The notes under the pieces were generated by a model that had not been told where the DNA came from, did not search any database, and saw only the letters and a program-made list of their open reading frames with translations. Below, one piece after another: positions 27,101 through 33,991 of a stretch of 64,000 bases of DNA (positions are counted from its first letter, which is position 1; each line of letters opens with the position of its first letter). This DNA is from Planctomycetota bacterium (GTDB lineage Bacteria; Planctomycetota; Planctomycetia; Pirellulales; UBA1268): the NCBI GenBank assembly GCA_018970605.1, contig JAGWWA010000004.1:2289-66288 (forward strand), in the 5' to 3' direction. Position numbers and translations under genes: made by a program.

Positions 27101-29584
27101 CGTTGCGGTGTCGTCGATGCCCGCGTAGGGCACGCCCTCCTTCTCACCACGAACGACGATGTTGTCGATGGCCCACCACCAGTTGTTGTCGCCTTCGAAA
27201 TAGCCGAACTTGAACTTCATCTGGCCCGATGAAGGACTGTTGAGCGGGGCATCGACCGTAGCGCCCTGCACGTACTGACCCGCGGTGTTCGAAGCCGACA
27301 CCGTGATGTGGTTGTTGAGGGCACTGTTGGTGTTAGCGGCGTCGCCGAAGAAGAGCAGCGGCGACCAGGTCGCCCCATCGTCGTACGAGACCTCGACGGT
27401 GCCGTACTGCGGGAGTTCCTTGTTGTAGCTGGAGTCAAACTCGAGGGTCACAGTGCCGGGCGTGATGCCGGAGAGATCGATGGACTTCGTGATGAGGAGA
27501 CTGTTGAACCGACCCGCGGCGTGCGAGACGTCATCCCACTCGTCGGAGTCGGCCACGGCCACGGTGCCGGTGCCGAAGCTGAACCGACTGCGATCCTGAT
27601 CGCCGGCGGTCGTGATCCAAGAGTTCTTGTCGACGAACGTCCAGCCCTGGAAGTCGGACTGGCTGGCCGGCATCTGCGAGTTGTCCACCGTGAAGCCCGC
27701 CGGGAGCTCACGGGTAAAGTCGGTGCCGTCACCGCGCGGCTCGGTGACAAACGGGCCGAGGGGGAGACGATCGAACGTCTCGGTGAGCAGAACCGCGTTG
27801 CTGGTGAGCGTGCTGCTCGTGTCGAGGAAGGCACCGTCGTCGATCAGCAACGAGTAGCCGGTGAGGCCCTTGAGGTTGATCGGCGGGTCGATCGTGACGG
27901 TCGAGCCCGAGACGACGACGGCCGACGACTTGACATCGAGCGTGGCGCCGATCCAACCGGTGGCCGTCTCGACGATGTGGATGTTGCCGCTGCCCTTCTT
28001 CACCGTCGTGCCGAAGGTGAGGCTGAAGTTCGCCTTGTAGCCGACGCCGGTGGCGTTATCGGCCGGAGTGAGCGTGAGGACCTTCGGGCCCTCATCGTCG
28101 ACCACGTTGATCGAGGCCGTGCTCTGGGCGTAGACCACCGACGTGGCAGTGATCGTCACCTTTTGCGTCCGGTCGCTGAGGTTGTCGTCGACGGCCGTGA
28201 TGGGAAAGGTGACCGACGACTGGCCGTTCGGAATCAGCACCGTGGCCGGGACCGTAGCCTCGGTGGTGTCGCTGCTCGAGAGCGTGACCAGCACGTCGCC
28301 GACCGGCAGGTTGTTGCGAGAGACGGTCGCCGTGGCGGTGCCGCCGTTCTCGCTCATTGAACCGGGGTTGATTGCGAGGGTCAGCTTGGGCGACTCGGGC
28401 GTGGTGAAGTTCCAGAACGTGGCGTCGGAGAGGCCTGCATATTCGCCACCGACGATGTTCCCGGTGATCTTCATGTTGTCGACGCCCCACCACCAGTCGT
28501 TCGTGCCTTCCGTGTAGAAGCGGAACACGAGCGAGCCGCTGTTGGGGTTGACCACGGCACCGAAGGTGGCGCCGCCCTTGCCGTCGCCGCTCACGCCGGT
28601 CGAGGTGCCCGAGACGAGCCGCTCATTGATGCTCTTGTTGACGAAACTCGCGCTGCCGGCGGTGTTCGTGGTGTTGAACTCGTTGAGGGTCAAGAGAGTG
28701 GACCACGTGGTCCCGCCGTCGTAGCTCACATCGAGTTTGCCGGTCTGGGCCTCACCGGGGCCTTCAGGGCGGAAGCTCGAATCGAACTCGAGCTTCACCG
28801 AACCAGCCGCCACGCCCGTCAGATCAACGGGCTTGGTGGTGACATAGCTCTTGAACGCCCCGCCGTTGGGGGCGTCGTCGAACTCGTCGGTGTCGGCAAC
28901 CATGATGCCGCCCGAGGCAAGCGTGAACTGATCGCGGTTCTGGCCTTCGGGTGCACCGGCCTGTTTGATCCAGGAGTTCTTGTCGGCGGCCACCCAGCCC
29001 TTCCACTCCTCCTTGCCGCCGGTCGGCATCTCGCTGTTGTCAACGGTGAAACCGAGCGCTATGTTCGGGCTCCAGTCGGTGCCGTCGCCGCCTCCGTCGG
29101 TCACGAACGGCTGCAGGGGCGTGAAGTCGAAGTTCTGCTGGAGGAGCGTGGCACCGGTGGTTGGGGTCGACGAGGTGTCAATGAACGCGCCCTTGTCGAT
29201 GTACACCGAGTAGGTGTTGTCGAGTTCGAGGTCGGTCGGGAGGTCGACCGTCACCTGATTGCCGCTGACCGACACGTTCGCCGACCGCACATCCACTGCC
29301 ACGCCCGTCGTGCCCGTGCCCTGCCGGACGACGTAGATGTTGCCCTGGCCCTTGATCACGTTCTCGTTGAACGTGAACACCAGATCGCTGTTGAGCGGGA
29401 CGTTCGTCGAGCCGTCGAGCGGGGCAATGCCCGTCACCGAGAGCGCGAGCATGTTGCGGTTCTCAAACCGCTCCAGGCTGGAAAGCCCACCGAGCCGCCG
29501 GGGATGGCGGGCCTGGCGTGACTGAAACAGGCTCTTGAGGGCGGTCGCGAACGAGGCAGCGGTCGGGCGGCGGCGTAACGACAT
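24104..29584 (-). CDS. giant multi-domain surface protein (1826 aa): 3x [Ig-like + WWW-motif beta-sandwich + Calx-beta-like], lamin-tail domain, PATR beta-strand repeats, dockerin-like repeats
   Basis: Start at ATG 29584 (MSLRRRP...RRLGGLSSLERFENRNMLA). Three supermodules of about 437 aa ending NDWWWGVDNM / NNWWWAIDNI / NDWWWAIDNI. LTD motif VVISEIMYD...EWVELYN. PATR repeat GTGMLVLTGSNTHSGGTVVTAGTLVV. GDSNLDGSVDIGDL / GDFNHDGVVDQLDL. Confidence 0.85.
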   Translation of the reverse strand: MSLRRRPTAASFATALKSLFQSRQARHPRRLGGLSSLERFENRNMLALSVTGIAPLDGSTNVPLNSDLVFTFNENVIKGQGNIYVVRQGTGTTGVAVDVRSANVSVSGNQVTVDLPTDLELDNTYSVYIDKGAFIDTSSTPTTGATLLQQNFDFTPLQPFVTDGGGDGTDWSPNIALGFTVDNSEMPTGGKEEWKGWVAADKNSWIKQAGAPEGQNRDQFTLASGGIMVADTDEFDDAPNGGAFKSYVTTKPVDLTGVAAGSVKLEFDSSFRPEGPGEAQTGKLDVSYDGGTTWSTLLTLNEFNTTNTAGSASFVNKSINERLVSGTSTGVSGDGKGGATFGAVVNPNSGSLVFRFYTEGTNDWWWGVDNMKITGNIVGGEYAGLSDATFWNFTTPESPKLTLAINPGSMSENGGTATATVSRNNLPVGDVLVTLSSSDTTEATVPATVLIPNGQSSVTFPITAVDDNLSDRTQKVTITATSVVYAQSTASINVVDDEGPKVLTLTPADNATGVGYKANFSLTFGTTVKKGSGNIHIVETATGWIGATLDVKSSAVVVSGSTVTIDPPINLKGLTGYSLLIDDGAFLDTSSTLTSNAVLLTETFDRLPLGPFVTEPRGDGTDFTRELPAGFTVDNSQMPASQSDFQGWTFVDKNSWITTAGDQDRSRFSFGTGTVAVADSDEWDDVSHAAGRFNSLLITKSIDLSGITPGTVTLEFDSSYNKELPQYGTVEVSYDDGATWSPLLFFGDAANTNSALNNHITVSASNTAGQYVQGATVDAPLNSPSSGQMKFKFGYFEGDNNWWWAIDNIVVRGEKEGVPYAGIDDTATWSVTTAEAPTLTVTLTPASISENGGVATGTVTRNVAAGTSGALVVALASSDTTAATVPATVTIPDGQSSVTFSISGVDDLLSDGSQTSVITATATDFFSVSATVTVLDDDFPKPTNFSPADNATAVAVSANGVVTYDQAIKKGNGFIYIVRSSDNKAEKMIDINSAEVSISGSTLTINPVRDLVKLTDYYILIDNGAVLSASSFVTSGVQLLKQDFELLPLGPAVYETVGLQGGKEFTATPPGGWTTDNSAMPFGGAPEWRGWTFANKNFWTTEGGQSRANFTLGSGTVAVADTDEWDDYGYYPKNSFNAKLLSTPINLATVAASSVTLEFDSSFRPESGGSFTPYTPDNMQGFLDVSYDAGATWTNLLTLDSSNTLGSSTAANVNEHRTVSVQNPDDGTMVFRWTNTGTNDWWWAIDNIIVKGTVDGLPSPGISSPTTWNFTTADAATLTVTAAAAATEGDAPLTGTVTRNLGTVGDLVVTLASSDTGAATVPATVTIPNGQESVTFPITIVNDARYRGTRPVTFTATAASFVAGTTSVSIADNDVGEVVISEIMYDSSQSGSRDTATEWVELYNRGSSTADVGNWYFDDEDTIKWGAIPAGTTIPAGGVLVLYNNWVGTASEFRAAWNVPATAGVVGLVWGDLDNSPTRVNEMFVLKDASGTTRNTANFAEDGTVWPAYVAGSSHYLKNLTGDTDVGTNWRASVAGTDGALHPTSAVYNAADTGSPGRVGADGTIVDVPSGQTQTDSTVHSGAERIVKQGTGMLVLTGSNTHSGGTVVTAGTLVVKNLAALGSGALEVQAGAKVVLDVGTGTVDITSLVLATGGLLDFGAGKLTAQSGLNRTSILAAINAGKGDGSWNGIAGFTSTVVASTPARTLGWMDNGGSFTVGYAAPGDSNLDGSVDIGDLANFLGSGQLDAGTPADWISGDFNHDGVVDQLDLADLLGASLYDVGNYLPATEAPASASGSSVTPVEAAFAAFAAESQVGTGRKKSAFSLV
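25465..29443 (-). repeat. Three tandem coding repeats of about 1.31-1.36 kb inside the giant gene
   Basis: Module starts are near 29443, 28083 and 26765. The WWW landmarks near 28485, 27175 and 25860 give a period of about 1310 nt. Confidence 0.75.
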
Positions 29585-29761
29585 GAGAGACTCCCGGTTT
29601 CGCGTAGGGCGTTGGGTGAACGAAGACGAACAGGCGACGTTATGAACTTCTTCGATGAGGACATCACCAGAGTTCCGTGAGTTTTCGATGAAAATCTCGT
29701 AGCGGTCTGACAAGGGACATCGCCCGTTCGAGCTACCGAAGGGCTTTTTCGAGGGATCTGT

Positions 29762-31816
29762 TCAGCGGCTCTCCTCGCGGCCGCCGGCCTCATCGCCTGG
29801 CTCTTCGTAGGCCCCGGCACCGATCGGCACGTCGATATCGACGTAGCCGATCATCATCTCCTCCCAGGTCTGCTCGCCCCAGCGGACGGCGACCTTGGGA
29901 TCAGGATTGGCGGGATTCTCCGCGGAGTTGTCGAATGTGGCGTCACACCCCAGCAGGGATCCCCGCGGCAGAATCCGCGGTTCGGCGAGGACGTAGTAGC
30001 TCTGCCAGCCGAAGTCGAACGCGGGCACGTCGAGGAGCACCTCGACAGGCGAGTGACCGTCGGGCGAGGCGAGCACGTAGCGAAACGAAGAGCCCCTGAG
30101 ATGCATGTGCGGCATGAACGACAGCAGTCGCACGTCGTCACGGAAGCGGCGCTCGGAGTGCACAGGGTGAGCGGAAGCGCCCGGCGGTATGACGAAGCCG
30201 AGGTTGGCGATCCCGATCGTCAGGGCCTCGCGCGAGGGAGGCTGCTTGGCCACGATGAGCCCAACCTTCGAACGGTCGGTGGTGGGCTTTCCGTTTGGCG
30301 TGTAGTGGATTTGGAAGACCAGTTCACTGCCCGCCTCGATCTTCTTGGCGGTGCCCTGTGGAAGCACGCTTGGCATGTCACCCGGCGCGTAGCCGCAGAG
30401 GTGGCCCCGCCCAGCGGCGATCGTCCGCCTGCGGTCGCCCCCGGGCGGTACGACGTACACGATGATGTGGTGGACCACTCCCGCGTCCCCCGGCCGCGCC
30501 TCGGCCGCCTGCACCCAGACGTCAGCGGTGAGGTTCGTCGGCACCGTGACGTGGACGTAGGGCATGGTGCCCTGCGCTGGAATCAGGGTCGCTTCCGGGA
30601 GCTCGAACACGAGGTCGGGAGTGCCGATCGTCCACCCCTCCGGCCACGCCTTTGCCGCTGGTCCATCGGCCGGGTTTCCTTTAGGGCATCGCTGCTCGAC
30701 CCACGCGAGCAGCGTGGCACGTTCGCGGGCGGTGAGGTGACGGTCGTTGGCGAACGTGCCGTGCCGCGGATCCGCGTGCCAGGGGGGCATGCGCCGCTGC
30801 TCGACCACCTCCGCCAGCATCGCCGCGTGCCGAAAGGCATCGTCGAAGGTGACGAGACCAAAGCCCCCCGCCTGCCCGGGGCGATGGCAGCCCTGGCACC
30901 GCTCCTGGACGATCCGGGCGACGTCACGGTGGTAGGTGACAACCCCGACCTCAGGGGATGGTTCATGCTCATCGAGCCAGCCGGCAATGTCGGCCCGCGC
31001 CGGCCGCACGCGATCGAGGCTGGCGAGCTTCGACGATGCCGGCTCGGCCTTCGTGATCAGGCAACCTGCCACCGGCGTGGCCTTCACCGCCACCGTGTCG
31101 CCGCGAAGGACGGCCTCGATGGCGTCGCGGAGCGGCGTTGCCTGGGGCACCTCACGGGAGAAGTCGTAGCCGTACTGATCATCGATCGCTCCGCGATAGC
31201 GGATCGCGGCCTCGGCGTCGAGGAGGATCGCTTCATTCGACCGCTCGACCATCAGGGTGTCGGCTTGCACGCTGCCGCCATCGAAGAGGATCGGGAACAT
31301 GGGCTTCCGTTCCGCGACCCACGCGGCGAGCGACTCGCGCGTCTCACCGGCGCCGGAGGCGATTCCGAAGAATCTCACCCCTCGAGGGCCGTACTCGGCG
31401 GCCAACTCGTCGAGACGGCGGAGATACTTGTCGCCCAGCGGGCAGCCAGGAGAGACGAAGACGAGCACCGCTCCACACACCGGCTGGGACCCGTGTGGTC
31501 CGCCGATGTCGCCGCCGTTCCTTCGCAGGCCGTAAAGCCAGGCTTCGTGGCCGCTCTGGACATCCACGAGGCGGAAGTCGCCGGCGCGGCGACCGACGAG
31601 GCGATCGAGGGGCAGACTGGCCGATTCGTCCGCGGCCACGGCCGCCCCGGTGGCGACGCCGCCCACCAGCGCCACCAGCGCCGCGCACGGACAGAACCGG
31701 CGGACCAGCGATCGCTCGGGCCTCAGCGTATGGGGCTTCCGGGTGACCGATAGCAGATGTTTCACGAGCACGACGGCACTCCGGTTTCGGTAAAACCGCC
31801 GCATGATACGTGCCAT
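29762..31816 (-). CDS. redoxin (TlpA/AhpC-like) + c-type haem motif + Cu-monooxygenase-C-terminal-like domain protein
   Basis: Signal/anchor, then thioredoxin-fold block VLVFVSPGCPLGDKYLRRLDELAAEY. CQGCH haem-binding motif followed by PPWHADP. C-terminal HHIIVY...FMPHMHLRGSSF...WEEMMIGY resembles the copper type II ascorbate-dependent monooxygenase fold common in planctomycete proteins. Confidence 0.78.
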   Translation of the reverse strand: MARIMRRFYRNRSAVVLVKHLLSVTRKPHTLRPERSLVRRFCPCAALVALVGGVATGAAVAADESASLPLDRLVGRRAGDFRLVDVQSGHEAWLYGLRRNGGDIGGPHGSQPVCGAVLVFVSPGCPLGDKYLRRLDELAAEYGPRGVRFFGIASGAGETRESLAAWVAERKPMFPILFDGGSVQADTLMVERSNEAILLDAEAAIRYRGAIDDQYGYDFSREVPQATPLRDAIEAVLRGDTVAVKATPVAGCLITKAEPASSKLASLDRVRPARADIAGWLDEHEPSPEVGVVTYHRDVARIVQERCQGCHRPGQAGGFGLVTFDDAFRHAAMLAEVVEQRRMPPWHADPRHGTFANDRHLTARERATLLAWVEQRCPKGNPADGPAAKAWPEGWTIGTPDLVFELPEATLIPAQGTMPYVHVTVPTNLTADVWVQAAEARPGDAGVVHHIIVYVVPPGGDRRRTIAAGRGHLCGYAPGDMPSVLPQGTAKKIEAGSELVFQIHYTPNGKPTTDRSKVGLIVAKQPPSREALTIGIANLGFVIPPGASAHPVHSERRFRDDVRLLSFMPHMHLRGSSFRYVLASPDGHSPVEVLLDVPAFDFGWQSYYVLAEPRILPRGSLLGCDATFDNSAENPANPDPKVAVRWGEQTWEEMMIGYVDIDVPIGAGAYEEPGDEAGGREESR

Positions 31817-31896
31817 TCCGGACTCGGGCTATGCCCGCGACATGTGGCGCTGCGGCACGGCGTCACGGCACCTCGGCAAGTCCGGTTTCGGGAGAG

Positions 31897-31916
31897 TGTG
31901 AGAATCACGTGTGCCT
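31897..31916 (+). promoter_or_regulatory. GTGTGAGAATCACGTGTGCC element upstream of the PI-PLC-like gene
   Basis: Lies about 80 nt upstream of ATG 31995. It closely resembles 9639..9658 (GTGAGAATCTCGTGAGCG) and 58972..58989 (GTGAGGATCGTGTGCGG). The function is inferred only. Confidence 0.2.
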
Positions 31917-31994
31917 GCTTGCGGCTTGCGGACCTCGCGGTCTCATACGTCGCATGCTGCGGGTACGATCCGAACGCTTGCAGGAGAGAGGCCC

Positions 31995-32915
31995 ATGGTC
32001 GTCCGCTGGCTGCTGGTGCTTGTGATGGCTTTCGCGTGCGGGGCGACCGCACTCGGCGGCGACGACGTCTACGCCGACACGGGCCGCGATGCACTGGTCT
32101 CTCGGGTGAACTTCGCCGAACCGGAGCGGCCCTCCGCGCCAGGGGATGCCCCGCGTTTCCACGCGGCAGAGCCCGCTAACGCTCGGCCGGTGCCGCCTCA
32201 CGCCGGCCACGCCCACAACGACTACTGGCATGACCGACCGCTCCTCGACGCCCTCGAGCGAGGGTTTTGCAGCGTGGAGGCCGACGTGTTCCTGCGCGAC
32301 GGCGACCTGCTCGTCGGTCACGCCGTGGGCGAACTCCGGCCAGACCGCACGCTGGCCGCGGTCTATCTCGATCCGATCCGCGAACGCCTCGAGGCGAGCG
32401 GCTGCGTCGCGCACGAGGGTAGGCCCTTCTCGCTGCTCGTTGACATCAAGGCCGATGGGGCAGGGGCCTACAGGGTTCTCGCCGAGCAACTGAGGCCCCT
32501 GCGACGGTTTCTCGTCGGCGACGAGTCTCGCGCGGCGACGCTCCGCGTCATCGTCAGTGGCGACCGGCCCATCGACGCGATGGCAGCCGATGCAGAGCGG
32601 CTGGCCGGCGTCGACGGTCGGCTCGAGGACCTCGACCGTGACGACCGCCCGGCAACGCTGATGCCGCTCGTCAGCGACCGGTGGGGCACGCGGTTCACCT
32701 GGTACGGCGCCGGCCCCATGCCGGACGCTGAGCGGGCGGAACTCCGGCGGATCGTGAACCGGGCGCATGCCCGCGGTCAGGCCGTTCGCTTCTGGGCCAC
32801 GCCCGACAACGCGTCGTTCTGGGAGGAACTCTCCGCCGCGGGCGTCGATCTGATCAGCTGCGACGACCTTGACGCGTTCGTCGGCTTCGCGGCCAGCGCA
32901 GGGGAGCGGCCGTAG
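31995..32915 (+). CDS. Ca-dependent PI-PLC / glycerophosphodiesterase-like phosphodiesterase, secreted
   Basis: Start at ATG 31995 preceded by AGGAGAGAGG. Signal MVVRWLLVLVMAFACGATALG. HAHNDYWHDRPLLDALERGFCSVEADVFLRDGDLLVGH matches the PI-PLC-C1-type N-terminal motif (HNDY...EaD). Confidence 0.7.
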   Translation: MVVRWLLVLVMAFACGATALGGDDVYADTGRDALVSRVNFAEPERPSAPGDAPRFHAAEPANARPVPPHAGHAHNDYWHDRPLLDALERGFCSVEADVFLRDGDLLVGHAVGELRPDRTLAAVYLDPIRERLEASGCVAHEGRPFSLLVDIKADGAGAYRVLAEQLRPLRRFLVGDESRAATLRVIVSGDRPIDAMAADAERLAGVDGRLEDLDRDDRPATLMPLVSDRWGTRFTWYGAGPMPDAERAELRRIVNRAHARGQAVRFWATPDNASFWEELSAAGVDLISCDDLDAFVGFAASAGERP

Positions 32916-32937
32916 CCGCTGCCGCAGCCGACGGGGC

Positions 32938-33924
32938 TCATGGCTTCCCGAGCCGCGAGTCGAACCAAGTGGCGCACCGCATGATGTGCCAGGGCATCGT
33001 CAGCCAGCCGTGGCCGGCTCCCTCGACCACGGTGAGCGTCACGTCGCAGCCGAGGGTCTTCGCCCGGTCGCAAAAGCGGATGGACTGGTCGAGCGGAACG
33101 AGCGTGTCGCGATCGCCGTGGTGGATCAGAATCGGCGGAAGTTCGGACGTCACGTGAAAAATCGGGGAGAGTTCGCGGGACGTTTCCCGCCAGCGGGCCA
33201 TGTCGATCGGCTCCTGATCGAAAGCCTTGCGGAAGGAAGGGGGCGGGCCCCCGTCCCCCGGGTCCTCGGTCGATCCGGTCAGGTTGGTGAGGTCGGTGAC
33301 GGGGCAGAAGACGGCTGCCGCCTGCACCGCGCTCGAAACGTCCGCCAAGGGGTCGGCGGAGCCCGTCTCGCCGGGGCCGCCACGGGTGGCGAGCATGAGC
33401 GCGAGATGGCCGCCGGAACTGCCACCGGTGACGCCGATCCGGTCGGGATCGACACGAAACTCGGCGGCATGAGCGCGGACGTATCGCACCCCGCGGGAAA
33501 TGTCGGCGACGATCTCGTCCACGGTGGCGCGGGGCTGCGGCACATGAGCGACGGCGAACAACGTGTATCCGTGGCGCAGGAGGGGCGCCAGGAGCCAAGC
33601 GCGAAATGAGTTTGGGCTCGACTTCCATCCGCCGCTCACCAGGAACACGATGCCCAGCCCGTTGGGGGAGGGTGGCGTGACGACGTCGAGGGTGAGCGGC
33701 TCTCCCCGACGCTCGCCGTAGACGATGCCCCGCTGCCAGTCGCACGGGGGGTGGGCGTAGACCCAGGCGGCCGCCACGAGGCCCCCGGCAAGCAGGGCTG
33801 CCGCAAGGCAGATAACCAGCCCGGCCATCAGCCAGCGACGGAGCAGCGAGCGCCGTTGGGAACGCACCGGACTCGTGCATGCCCCGGTACCACACTCAAC
33901 GCCGTGGCTCGCGATGTCGACCAT
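32938..33924 (-). CDS. alpha/beta-hydrolase (esterase/lipase-like) with N-terminal membrane anchor
   Basis: Start at ATG 33924 preceded by GGAGAGGAGG. Anchor LMAGLVICLAAALLAGGLVAAAW. Nucleophile elbow GGSSGGHLAL, then HHGDRDTLVP and GAGHGW. Confidence 0.8.
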   Translation of the reverse strand: MVDIASHGVECGTGACTSPVRSQRRSLLRRWLMAGLVICLAAALLAGGLVAAAWVYAHPPCDWQRGIVYGERRGEPLTLDVVTPPSPNGLGIVFLVSGGWKSSPNSFRAWLLAPLLRHGYTLFAVAHVPQPRATVDEIVADISRGVRYVRAHAAEFRVDPDRIGVTGGSSGGHLALMLATRGGPGETGSADPLADVSSAVQAAAVFCPVTDLTNLTGSTEDPGDGGPPPSFRKAFDQEPIDMARWRETSRELSPIFHVTSELPPILIHHGDRDTLVPLDQSIRFCDRAKTLGCDVTLTVVEGAGHGWLTMPWHIMRCATWFDSRLGKP

Positions 33925-33991
33925 CTCCCCGCCTCCTCTCCCCGCCTCCCTGCTCGCTCGATGCCGGCGATTGCTGCAGTCGCACGACGAC

